Position numbers and translations under genes: made by a program. Positions 17,985 to 27,440 of a DNA stretch of 64,000 bases are shown here, piece by piece. The DNA comes from a virus. Taxonomy: Duplodnaviria > Heunggongvirae > Uroviricota > Caudoviricetes. The notes under the pieces are model-generated. The model was not told the origin of the DNA. It worked only from the letters and a program-made list of their open reading frames with translations, and made no database searches. Location of the stretch: IMG/VR virus record IMGVR_UViG_3300024273_002067; one strand, given 5' to 3'. The stretch's first letter is position 1, and each line of letters begins with the position of its first letter.

Positions 17985-18323
17985 ATGATTTATGAAAAAG
18001 AAATAAAAGGAGAAATTATAAATATTGAAGTTGGAATGGGCGCAACTAAAAGTGTTGGAAGTGATTCATATCCATATACTGTAATTAAAGTTCAGAGTAA
18101 TGGAAGTGAAATACATGCACAACGTGATATATCAACTCCAACTGAAGATAGCGAATATTACGGCAATCAATCTTACACCTATGTCCCAGACCCAGAATCA
18201 GAAATTGAAATTTTTACTCTAAGAAAAAATGGATATTTTGTAAAAAAAGGAAAACCGTTAAACTATTATTGGGATAGCATATGTCTTGGTACAAGAAGAT
18301 GTTATAGAGACCCCTCTTTTTAA
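17985..18323 (+). CDS. hypothetical protein
   Basis: ORF. Confidence 0.4.
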   Translation: MIYEKEIKGEIINIEVGMGATKSVGSDSYPYTVIKVQSNGSEIHAQRDISTPTEDSEYYGNQSYTYVPDPESEIEIFTLRKNGYFVKKGKPLNYYWDSICLGTRRCYRDPSF

Positions 18324-18474
18324 AAAAACAAGTATTAATACTTATAAGTATCGTAACTTATACTTATAGGGAACTATAGGTGCACATGTATTTTAAACAT
18401 ATACACCACCCAAATTTCATGGTTTTACTAAGGTTGTAACTATATATTGCTGTAACCAAAAAAAAACAAAAAAC

Positions 18475-20091
18475 ATGAAAAAGATTATTATCAACTTATC
18501 ACTATTAGCATTAGGACTAATAATGTCAAACACCTTAACTGCTCAAGCGTCATCTGTATGGGCTACTGTTGAAAGTTTAGAAGCACTAAAACAAGACAAA
18601 AACTTTCAAGACTTACAACAAGAATTAAACTTAAAGTACGAACAAGCTTTATCATCTTCAAAAAAAGAACATTTACAAAAAGTTTATGAATTTAAATGTG
18701 AATGTGATGAAGTAGACCTTTATACATCAATGCACAAAATTAATTCAGTTAACAAAATTGAATATGGACCTAAATACGAAAGCTTATCAGAACCAAATGA
18801 CTATAATTCATTAAGCACAAACTCAAGTTGGCATCTAGATTTAATTAATGCTCAATTAGCTTGGCAATTTACACATGGAAATATTGACATTGCTATATCA
18901 GACCAAAACTACTTTGTAGAACATGAAGAGCTAATTGGTGCAGTATCTTACCATGACACCACCAACACCTCTTCTCAGACTCACGGTACTGCAGTAGCTA
19001 TAACAGCTGCAGGAAACACAAATAATGGCGTAGGTCTTTCTAGCATTGGATACAACTCAACTCTTTCGCTATATAGAATGAACTATGGAGAAGTTTTATC
19101 TGCTTCATATAATGGAGCTAAAGTAATAAACTTAAGCTGGACTAGTGGATGTGCCTATAACCAATATTTACAAGATGCAATAAATGAAGTTTACGAAAAT
19201 GGAACATTTATAGTGGCCGCAGCTGGTAATGGCTCTACATGTGGAGGCTCAGAAGCATTAGTTTATCCCGCTGCTTATGACAACGTATTTGCTGTGTCTA
19301 GCGTTGGAGAAAATGATTCTCACGAAAACCCAAACGGAGCCACTCATCAACACAACAGTTCTGTTGACATAATGGCTCCTGGGTATGATGTTCCGATAAG
19401 TGCCGCTCCAGGATGGTACCTATATGGTAGTGGAACTTCTTATGCGTCTCCAATGGTTGCTGGAACTGTGGGGCTTATGATTTCAGTTAATCCAGACATT
19501 ACAAATGAAGAAATAGAAACAATATTATCTCAAACAGCTTGGAACATTGATGAAGCAAACCCTAGTTACATTGGAAAAATGGGCTCTGGTAGGCTAGATG
19601 CAGGATATGCTGTTGCTCAAGTTCAAAGAAATTTAGATATTGCTGCTGCAAATGATAATAATGATGATGGGAATAATGGTCACGGAAATGATGAAGATGG
19701 TGTAGATGACACCAACCCAGGAAATGGGCACGGAAATTCAAACCCAAGTTATGAACATGCAAAACCATCAAAAGGAGACAATGTACATGTAGGCGATGTC
19801 GTAGATAATCCAAATGGAGGTTCGAACAATGTGCACAAATCATTTTCCGATGCTAGTATCAATAGGATAGTTGTATTTCCAAACCCTTCTCATGGAGACT
19901 TTAGAATAAAGTGGAAAGGAATGGATATGGAGCTTTTATATATTTACAATTCCAACTTTCAGATAGTACAAAGACATAGAGTGGAAATGTATAACCAAAT
20001 TAGCCTAACGCTATTACAGCCTGGTAATTACGTGGCAATGTTAGTGGATAGCAATGGAACTAGATATAGAAAGAGAATAATAATTTTTTAA
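18475..20091 (+). CDS. Secreted subtilisin-like (S8) serine peptidase with a T9SS C-terminal sorting domain
   Basis: Signal peptide; GTSYASPMVAG Ser motif and HGT His motif; C-terminal FPNPS... beta-sandwich tail. Confidence 0.75.
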   Translation: MKKIIINLSLLALGLIMSNTLTAQASSVWATVESLEALKQDKNFQDLQQELNLKYEQALSSSKKEHLQKVYEFKCECDEVDLYTSMHKINSVNKIEYGPKYESLSEPNDYNSLSTNSSWHLDLINAQLAWQFTHGNIDIAISDQNYFVEHEELIGAVSYHDTTNTSSQTHGTAVAITAAGNTNNGVGLSSIGYNSTLSLYRMNYGEVLSASYNGAKVINLSWTSGCAYNQYLQDAINEVYENGTFIVAAAGNGSTCGGSEALVYPAAYDNVFAVSSVGENDSHENPNGATHQHNSSVDIMAPGYDVPISAAPGWYLYGSGTSYASPMVAGTVGLMISVNPDITNEEIETILSQTAWNIDEANPSYIGKMGSGRLDAGYAVAQVQRNLDIAAANDNNDDGNNGHGNDEDGVDDTNPGNGHGNSNPSYEHAKPSKGDNVHVGDVVDNPNGGSNNVHKSFSDASINRIVVFPNPSHGDFRIKWKGMDMELLYIYNSNFQIVQRHRVEMYNQISLTLLQPGNYVAMLVDSNGTRYRKRIIIF

Positions 20092-20183
20092 TATGAAAAA
20101 AAACTTAAGACTTTTTATTAGTATTTTCTTGACTAATTTTATAATATTGCAATTAATTAAAACTATAATAACATAGAAACATA

Positions 20184-20212
20184 AAAACCTCACTATTTAA
20201 GTGAGGTTTTTA
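20184..20212 (+). terminator. Rho-independent terminator (AAAAACCTCACT-loop-AGTGAGGTTTTT)
   Basis: 12-bp perfect stem and T-run. Confidence 0.65.
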
Positions 20213-20231
20213 TGTTTATTAATAAAAATTA

Positions 20232-20444
20232 ATGAAATTATTTAATAAAAAAATGAAAAGTGAAATTGACGTTGACATTGACATTGATAGATTAAAGGCT
20301 ATAAGTGAAAATATAAACAAGTGTGTAAATCGTTATTTTAGAATTAAAATAAAGAAGAACATAAGAACTTTCACTGGTATAAATGTGGACAGATTTAATT
20401 TGCTTAATATTTATAAACAAAAAAATGACAAAATCAAAAATTAA
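20232..20444 (+). CDS. hypothetical protein
   Basis: ORF. Confidence 0.35.
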   Translation: MKLFNKKMKSEIDVDIDIDRLKAISENINKCVNRYFRIKIKKNIRTFTGINVDRFNLLNIYKQKNDKIKN

Positions 20445-20634
20445 AAAAATTTCAAAACATGCATTTCACATATTGCCAATAGTTGGTTTAGGTATATGTG
20501 GGATACTTTATCCAGGATGGATAAAAAACGGATATCTATATGAATGGTACCCAACTATTGCGGCTGGGATTGCTGTCTATGGAGGGTTTATAGCTAACTT
20601 AGTCTGGTACATAAAACAAAGGAAACACCTTTAA
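20425..20634 (+). CDS. small membrane protein (start re-called)
   Basis: 2 TM segments. Confidence 0.35.
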   Translation: MTKSKIKKISKHAFHILPIVGLGICGILYPGWIKNGYLYEWYPTIAAGIAVYGGFIANLVWYIKQRKHL

Positions 20635-20637
20635 AAA

Positions 20638-21069
20638 ATGAATACTATTATACTATTTTCAATATATATATTATTTATAATTATATCTGGTGCATCTGAG
20701 GCTGTGATGGATAAAATTCAATTTCATTATAACAAATCTATCTTTTTACAATTTAAAAAACAGCTATTCTGGGACCCTAGCATGTCTTGGAAGAACAAAT
20801 ATAAAAATGGAGACCCTAAGCAAGGTTGTAAATTCATTTTCTCCACTACATACTTTGTTTTTGCCACTGATGCATGGCACTTATTTAAATTCCTAAAAAA
20901 CACATTCATATTTGCGTCAATTGGAATAGCAATGTATGCACAAACTTGTGCTTTAAAGGATTTTGATTTATCTAAAATTTTAACTATATTGCTATTTGTA
21001 ATATTAGGAAGAGCCTTTTACGGCTTATCTTTTAATTTATGTTTTGATAAAATATTAAAATCAGATTGA
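20638..21069 (+). CDS. membrane protein
   Basis: Multi-TM ORF. Confidence 0.4.
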   Translation: MNTIILFSIYILFIIISGASEAVMDKIQFHYNKSIFLQFKKQLFWDPSMSWKNKYKNGDPKQGCKFIFSTTYFVFATDAWHLFKFLKNTFIFASIGIAMYAQTCALKDFDLSKILTILLFVILGRAFYGLSFNLCFDKILKSD

Positions 21070-21458
21070 AACTATTTGTTAGTAATAAAATTGAAGTTAG
21101 AGATTCCAGCCTATCAGGAAGGGGTGTTTTTGCCAATAAAGATATAAAGGCGGGGGAAATATTAGAAGAATGTCATCATGTTATTTTAGAAAACACATTT
21201 AAAACTCAAGACCCCATGTTACAAACGTACATTTTCTCTTGGCCTAAAGGCTCTCACGGAGGGAAAAACTCATCTTCTGTAGTTCTGGGTATGGGCTCTA
21301 TATTTAACCACAGTGATAATAATAATGCTGATTGGGTCACAGATGAAATTAGGAACTTGTATTCATTTTATGCAATAAAAGACATAAAAAAAGATGAAGA
21401 GATATTTACTAATTATGGCATAATGTACAAAGATGTTGTGGGTACTAATAACAAATAA
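21066..21458 (+). CDS. SET-domain protein (lysine methyltransferase fold), minimal 130 aa
   Basis: GRGVFA, IFNHS.NNNA, EEIFTNYG motifs. Confidence 0.7.
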   Translation: MKLFVSNKIEVRDSSLSGRGVFANKDIKAGEILEECHHVILENTFKTQDPMLQTYIFSWPKGSHGGKNSSSVVLGMGSIFNHSDNNNADWVTDEIRNLYSFYAIKDIKKDEEIFTNYGIMYKDVVGTNNK

Positions 21459-21469
21459 AAAAACAAACA

Positions 21470-21706
21470 ATGAGTGATAGAGCAAAAAAAAGGTACGCAA
21501 ATAAGCAATTGAAAAAGAATTTAGAAAAGCAAAGCTTAAGTATAGGCGAAACAAGCATTTTTAACAAAAGTTTTATGATAGATTCAAAAAAACTTGATTC
21601 TATAGAGAAAATACAAAAGGCATTTGAACTAATTAAAATTAAGTTCAACCCACCAAATGAAGAGGCTTACAATGAATATTCAGATATACTTTCCGATTAT
21701 GAATGA
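21470..21706 (+). CDS. hypothetical protein
   Basis: ORF. Confidence 0.4.
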   Translation: MSDRAKKRYANKQLKKNLEKQSLSIGETSIFNKSFMIDSKKLDSIEKIQKAFELIKIKFNPPNEEAYNEYSDILSDYE

Positions 21707-21768
21707 GGAATAAAATGTAATATTTTATAAAAAAATTCGTTATAATAAGGAATTAAAAAAATTAAAAC

Positions 21769-21969
21769 ATGTATTGGATTTGGAGAAAAATTATTAGAAG
21801 ACCAGTCTCATCAATTTCTTTGTTGAGGAACACAGAGCTTTTTTTGGAAATAGAAAGAAAGTCAGATAGACAATTGCTAAACAATCTTAATAAGAGATAT
21901 CAAAAAAATAAATCAATAATAGATTTATATGAACAACAACCGAGACACATAATAGACGAACCAGGTTAA
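21769..21969 (+). CDS. hypothetical protein
   Basis: ORF. Confidence 0.35.
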   Translation: MYWIWRKIIRRPVSSISLLRNTELFLEIERKSDRQLLNNLNKRYQKNKSIIDLYEQQPRHIIDEPG

Positions 21970-21979
21970 TATATTAGTA

Positions 21980-22537
21980 ATGAAATTTGTTGAAAACGTA
22001 ATACATAACTCACTAACAATTAAAGGTATAACTGTTGAGCTTTTTATATTAAAACAAAATAAAATTGTTACTCAAAAAGTTTTTGATGACTATGAGATGT
22101 TTGAAGATACAGATGGTAAAATATACTATGTTGAGCACAATATGATTGGTTTAGAATTAAATCTATTTAGACCCATCTTAATTTCTAAGTCTGAAATGCC
22201 ACTGAAAGGAGACATGATTTTATTTACTAACATTTTTGAAACTGGTGAATGTTCAATTGAAAATGCAGAAAAAAACTTATCAAACAAAGATGTTTATAAT
22301 TTTCACACCAACAAAAAAGAGATTTATAAAATAATTGTTAACTATAATGAATTTGAATTTAAAAGTCATTTAGAAAACATAAAAAAAGGCTCTTGGGTTC
22401 ATGGACAACAATTTTTTGTTGAATGCGATTCTGGTGTTTACGACAAAAATAGATTAAAAGAAGTGGATTATAATTTATATGACTCTTCTTTAAGTATATT
22501 TAAAATCAAAGAACCTATCGTAATACATATGTTTTAA
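21980..22537 (+). CDS. hypothetical protein
   Basis: ORF. Confidence 0.4.
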   Translation: MKFVENVIHNSLTIKGITVELFILKQNKIVTQKVFDDYEMFEDTDGKIYYVEHNMIGLELNLFRPILISKSEMPLKGDMILFTNIFETGECSIENAEKNLSNKDVYNFHTNKKEIYKIIVNYNEFEFKSHLENIKKGSWVHGQQFFVECDSGVYDKNRLKEVDYNLYDSSLSIFKIKEPIVIHMF

Positions 22538-22580
22538 GATATTTATTTTAATATTAAAAAGAGAAAATAAACAAATATAA

Positions 22581-23645
22581 CTATCTGTTATATATTTTTT
22601 CAGAAGAGCCATCTTGATACATTATGACTACTATACCCCTATAACTTCCATCAACCTCTTGCCCTGACAGGTTAAACCTTTTATATATTGACTTTTTTTG
22701 ATAGTTTCTTACAACAGATATTGGTCCAAAAGTTTCACTTTTACCATCATTATCATACTGAACAAGTCTGTAATAAGTTATTTCATTAAATCTATCGTCA
22801 GGATAATGATAATCTATTTTAGAAACACTATGTCCAGCAGCGCCTTGCACATTTATTACTGTCCAAATCTCGCCATCAGTTGAGCTTTCTACCATAAAGT
22901 AATCAGAGTTATACTCTGATTCTGTAGTCCAATTTATAAAATTATATTCATCAATAGGCTCAGCTTCAAAAGAAGACAGTTCAACTGGTAGAGATGTTGG
23001 AGACACTTCATAAAGTTCAAAATTATCCATCCACCACTCTTCCCCTGCTCTAGTGACTCTTGCGTAAACATCTATTGCAATCTGAGTAGGCCCCGCAGGA
23101 ACATAAAGTTCAATGTAAGAATAGCCATCTCCAGTACCATTTCTATCACCACCAGAGGAAGGTTGAAAAGTTGTTAAATAGCCTGTGGATATTTTTCCAG
23201 CAGTAGCTGTGGATGAATAGTCCCATGTCGCATTATTAAATCCTTTAACTCTTATTTCACTAACAAAACCTCCGCCATTCTTGCTTAGTTGAACATCTAT
23301 GTAATCACCACCATCTAAACCCGCAGTAGACGCTGTAGGGCTAGTTATTGTTTGAGCAGCTAATCGCATTCTAAATATATGGTCTTTACCGTTATCAACA
23401 GTTATGTTTGGGAGTGAATACCAATCTTCCTCCCTTGCATTGTTACCACCTCCATATATTACTGCACTAGAAGATGGAGATACTGATATATTATTAAAAT
23501 AACCTGTAGTAGCAGCTGGCGTCCACCATGCACCACTCCAGTCGAATGATTCAATATAGTCAGAAGCTATTAGAGTTTCCGTGTTTTGAGATTTTAAGGT
23601 GCTTACAAAAGTTAAAAATAGAGTAATTAAGATAAAGTTTTTCAT
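22581..23645 (-). CDS. Secreted beta-rich protein with a T9SS C-terminal sorting domain
   Basis: Signal peptide; C-terminal ...YYRLVQYDNDGKSETFGPISV... motif. Confidence 0.6.
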   Translation of the reverse strand: MKNFILITLFLTFVSTLKSQNTETLIASDYIESFDWSGAWWTPAATTGYFNNISVSPSSSAVIYGGGNNAREEDWYSLPNITVDNGKDHIFRMRLAAQTITSPTASTAGLDGGDYIDVQLSKNGGGFVSEIRVKGFNNATWDYSSTATAGKISTGYLTTFQPSSGGDRNGTGDGYSYIELYVPAGPTQIAIDVYARVTRAGEEWWMDNFELYEVSPTSLPVELSSFEAEPIDEYNFINWTTESEYNSDYFMVESSTDGEIWTVINVQGAAGHSVSKIDYHYPDDRFNEITYYRLVQYDNDGKSETFGPISVVRNYQKKSIYKRFNLSGQEVDGSYRGIVVIMYQDGSSEKIYNR

Positions 23646-23746
23646 GTAATAGTTTTTTACAAATATATTATTGTGTTATATAAAATAAATAGAATGTTAT
23701 TTTGTTTTGTAATATTTTATAAAAAAAATCGTTTCATAATAATAGT

Positions 23747-24334
23747 ATGTCATTACATAAGAATCAAATAACATTATTGGGAACCATAGTCTTTGACCCG
23801 CTTGGAATGACTAAAAAACATGAAAAGCAATCTTCCTGGAAAAAGGTAGCTATGATTCACTTTGAAACACAAAAAGAGTATTGTGGTGGAATTTGTGAAT
23901 ACTATTCTTGGTTTATAAATAAACGTTTTAACATAGGACTATTAAAGCCAATAAGAGGTGCTCATGTCACTTTTATAAATGATAGAGAGGAAGACATAAT
24001 TAATGACTGGAGTTGTGTTAAGAACAAGTTTAACAACAAAAAAATAGAAATAACACTAAACGCAGAGCCAAGAACAGACTCGGCAGAATGCAAAGACTCA
24101 AGAATAACTCACAATTGGTGGCTAAATGTTTCAAATGAATCTAGATTAGAGATTCAGAAAATAAGAAATGAACTAGGATTGGGAGACCCGTTCTTTGGGC
24201 TACACATGACTATAGGTAGAGCGGAAAATTTTAAAGAAAATTCAAAAACTGGTGTGTTGAGGGCAAAAAAAATGAATGTAGAACAATCTATATACATTCA
24301 TAATTTAATTAAAAAAGGATTTATTAGATTTTAG
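23747..24334 (+). CDS. Putative 2H phosphoesterase (LigT-like)
   Basis: Two H-x-T-x motifs (GAHVTF and GLHMTI) about 80 aa apart. Confidence 0.4.
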   Translation: MSLHKNQITLLGTIVFDPLGMTKKHEKQSSWKKVAMIHFETQKEYCGGICEYYSWFINKRFNIGLLKPIRGAHVTFINDREEDIINDWSCVKNKFNNKKIEITLNAEPRTDSAECKDSRITHNWWLNVSNESRLEIQKIRNELGLGDPFFGLHMTIGRAENFKENSKTGVLRAKKMNVEQSIYIHNLIKKGFIRF

Positions 24335-24659
24335 AATAAAAAGGATTTTCACTTTCCTTTAATAATTTTAGGTTATCATCTATTTTCTTGCATTCTTTTT
24401 TAAAATTCACAACCCTATCTTCTGGCAATTCAAACCACTCTCTACCACCATCTGTAGAGTGAGACTTATATCCTCTGTGCAATATTGTTTCTATTTTTCT
24501 ATAATTTTCAGAAGAGTACGTCTTCAACAAAACCAACTCACCACTTGAGCCCGTTTGCAATTGTTTAAGTCGCTTACTGACATCACCCTTAGTTATGCCA
24601 ACCTTGAATCTATGTGGTTCTGAACTCCAATCTGTTATTAAATATATGCTACCCTTCAT
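24324..24659 (-). CDS. T5orf172 (MUG113 / GIY-YIG-like) domain protein
   Basis: IYLI...KVGIT...RLKQLQTG...LHRGY...GGREWFELPED pattern. Confidence 0.6.
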   Translation of the reverse strand: MKGSIYLITDWSSEPHRFKVGITKGDVSKRLKQLQTGSSGELVLLKTYSSENYRKIETILHRGYKSHSTDGGREWFELPEDRVVNFKKECKKIDDNLKLLKESENPFYSKI

Positions 24660-24745
24660 TAAGACGAATTAAAGAAAAAAAACAAAACCTGTAAATAGTT
24701 GTCTTGTATAATTTACTTTTATTGTTTTTATTTTATATTTGCACT

Positions 24746-25012
24746 ATGGACTATGAATTTATTTTTGAAAAAGGAAAACACATGGGAAAAACAGTAGATT
24801 GGGTTAGTGACAACGACCCAGCCTATCTTGTCTGGGTTGAGGAGTGTAAGCCAGAACTTTTGCTGCCAAATCCCAAAAAAAGAAAGCACATAGAGGTTGA
24901 CTATTCCAATAATACAATAAGAAAATATATAGAGCCTGAAATAGATAAAGCAGAAAGTGCATTAAAGCCAAACTTGGACTTTTGGGAGTCTTCTAAAAAT
25001 AAAAAACAATAA
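24746..25012 (+). CDS. hypothetical protein (start re-called to ATG 24746 downstream of a TATATTTG box)
   Basis: A -7-like box lies inside the track ORF 24704. Confidence 0.35.
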   Translation: MDYEFIFEKGKHMGKTVDWVSDNDPAYLVWVEECKPELLLPNPKKRKHIEVDYSNNTIRKYIEPEIDKAESALKPNLDFWESSKNKKQ

Positions 25013-25027
25013 ATTTGTAATTTTTAT

Positions 25028-25057
25028 TTTATTTTTTCGTTTTTAATGTTATATTTG
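25028..25057 (+). promoter_or_regulatory. Candidate Bacteroidota -7 box TATATTTG (plus TAAATTTG at 25010) upstream of the 706-aa gene
   Basis: TAnnTTTG motifs. Confidence 0.3.
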
Positions 25058-25085
25058 TATTTCCAATTTAAAATTTATTAATATT

Positions 25086-27206
25086 ATGAACTTCACAGAA
25101 GAGCAACTAACTGAACTTAATGTTTCTACAATAAAAAGAACCAGTGAAAACCAACTGACTTTAGAAGACTACTCTAACTCAAGACCTTCTTTATCTAAAA
25201 ACATAATTCAATTTAGAAATGGTTTTGTAAACCTTAAAGATTCTGGTTATGACAATTTACAGATTGCCATGAGTGTAGTTTCTGAATTGATGAATTTTGG
25301 GTACATAGTAAATCAAGATGGTATAGGAAACATATCTAGAGCTTCTAAAGAAGATATAGTAATATTTCATAATGAAGTTTTAGACTACATTAAAACAATG
25401 ACTGGTTCAGATAGGGATTATCAACCTTTTTGGCCTAACTTTCCTGAAAGTGTAATGAATAAAAGTGAAGCAGAACTTTGGATTCACCAAATTATACATT
25501 ACAGCTCAAATGGTACATATATACCTAACGAATTAACAAGAAGGTCAAGAACAGCATTTGAACACGCTAACTATACGACTTTAGACTCTGGTGATGATGT
25601 TATGTTTTCCAACATTTTTACAAATTTAGTTTCTGTTAATGGAAGCTTAAGCCCAGATGACAAAGATGTAGTTCAGTGGTTTGTTGATAGTGATTGGAAA
25701 TTGAATCTTCCAAACCAAATACCTTTTAAGGAAACATTATGCTTTTTGGTAAGTATAGGGGTTAAATGTGAAATAAAAACGGTTACCGATGTTTTAAGGG
25801 TGGCAGTTTATATGTCTGGTGGTGACATTAGCCTTCGTAAAAACACTAAAAACAAAACTCTTTTCAAGAAGTTTAAAAGGTCTGAAAGAAAAATGATTCT
25901 ATCACTTTTAGAATCAACAAGGTGTGACGAATCAGAAGCGGTACTTAAACTTTCTAAATGGATTAGGTTAGGAGAGATATTACATCCAGGTGAATATAAA
26001 AACAAATTCCCAAAATCTTTTAATATGTTTAAAAGACTAAGGAATGATAAAGTTATTTCTTGGAATGCTAGTGTAGATAAGGAATTTAAAAAAGACTTGG
26101 AAAGTGGCTTAAAAAAGCTTTCAGAAAGACCTGGGGAATTCTTTAGGAGAATAGATGCTTTGGTAAGAAAAAATACTAATCAAATAGATAAGATATTGAC
26201 TTACATCAAAAGTGTTGGAACAAAAGTTTCAAATAAAGTTTTGTTTGAGACTTATGAACACTTTGGAAAAAGAGCTAATAAAAGTGATTTCAGAAGTATA
26301 ACACTTTCTGGTAGTAGAAGCAACTTTTCTTTACCCACTCTTGAGAAGCTGTCTGAATACGCTGTAAATTCAATACAAAAAAGTATTAAAGACTCTTTAA
26401 GGGTAAAATTTAAAGAACTTCCAAAAATGTCTAATGTTTGGATTGATGAAGAGCTTAAAAATATTCCTATGCCTAAAAACATGAGGTCAGTAAGTTCGTC
26501 TTTGGTTCCAATAATAAGAGGTGAAAGAATTAAAGTTAAAAATAAAGACGCAAAAGTTGTTAGAGCCTTTGTTCACTGGTTTGATGAGCGTGGAAATCAA
26601 GATTTAGATTTAACTGCTATATTCATAGGCGACAATAAAGTGGAGCACATTGGATGGAATGGTGGTCACAGCTCTATCTTAGGATGCTACTCTGGGGATG
26701 TGAGACATAAGAAAGGTGCTTGTGCTGAATATATAGACATTAAAGTAGATAAAGCATTAGCTAATGGCTACAAGTATGTTGTAATGGATGTCAGGAATTA
26801 TAATAATACTGGGTTTAACTCATTGCCTCAGTGTGTTGGAGGCTGTATGGAAAGAGAAGATGCGGTTAAAGGAGAGGTTTGGCTTCCAAAAACCATAGAG
26901 GGTTCTATGAGGCTTCAGTCAGAGTCAAACTCTACCATTATGTTTGTTTTTGACTTGGAGAAAATGGAATATATAATTCTAGACGTTGATTCTATAGGAA
27001 ATGTCGCTTCATCAAATTTTCAAGAAATTTCAAACTCTATAAGAGAATATTGTGAGCCGCCTGTATTTTCAGTCTATGACTTAATTGTGATGCACGTAGA
27101 TGCTAGAGGTGGTAAGATATCTAAAAAGGAAGATGCCAATAACACTTTTGATTTTAAAGACTTCAGAGGTTCTTATGTTGAAACTTTAAAACTAATGGGA
27201 GTATGA
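25086..27206 (+). CDS. Large protein with a TerD-like C-terminal domain
   Basis: The last ~170 aa (DLDLTAIF...GD..H...YIDIKVD...YVVMDVRNY...STIMFVFDL) resemble the TerD beta-sandwich; the N-terminal 500 aa are unrecognised. Confidence 0.4.
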   Translation: MNFTEEQLTELNVSTIKRTSENQLTLEDYSNSRPSLSKNIIQFRNGFVNLKDSGYDNLQIAMSVVSELMNFGYIVNQDGIGNISRASKEDIVIFHNEVLDYIKTMTGSDRDYQPFWPNFPESVMNKSEAELWIHQIIHYSSNGTYIPNELTRRSRTAFEHANYTTLDSGDDVMFSNIFTNLVSVNGSLSPDDKDVVQWFVDSDWKLNLPNQIPFKETLCFLVSIGVKCEIKTVTDVLRVAVYMSGGDISLRKNTKNKTLFKKFKRSERKMILSLLESTRCDESEAVLKLSKWIRLGEILHPGEYKNKFPKSFNMFKRLRNDKVISWNASVDKEFKKDLESGLKKLSERPGEFFRRIDALVRKNTNQIDKILTYIKSVGTKVSNKVLFETYEHFGKRANKSDFRSITLSGSRSNFSLPTLEKLSEYAVNSIQKSIKDSLRVKFKELPKMSNVWIDEELKNIPMPKNMRSVSSSLVPIIRGERIKVKNKDAKVVRAFVHWFDERGNQDLDLTAIFIGDNKVEHIGWNGGHSSILGCYSGDVRHKKGACAEYIDIKVDKALANGYKYVVMDVRNYNNTGFNSLPQCVGGCMEREDAVKGEVWLPKTIEGSMRLQSESNSTIMFVFDLEKMEYIILDVDSIGNVASSNFQEISNSIREYCEPPVFSVYDLIVMHVDARGGKISKKEDANNTFDFKDFRGSYVETLKLMGV

Positions 27207-27439
27207 TTAAGAGTTTATTATATTTAGTCACTTCCTTAATTCTTACAAATTTCATATTTAGCTGCAAAACAAAAGAAACATCTTGTGATGCTTATTCCGA
27301 AATAATGTTAATACAAAAAGATACACTATGCATAGATTCTCAGCATATACACATTGAATCTGAAAGCTTATGTGCATACTTTGATGACATAGAAACTGTA
27401 TATGTTGACACTTTTTATTTAAAAATACCAAAACAATAA
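27203..27439 (+). CDS. secreted or membrane small protein
   Basis: Signal-like N-terminus; ATGA overlap. Confidence 0.35.
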   Translation: MIKSLLYLVTSLILTNFIFSCKTKETSCDAYSEIMLIQKDTLCIDSQHIHIESESLCAYFDDIETVYVDTFYLKIPKQ

Positions 27440-27440
27440 A

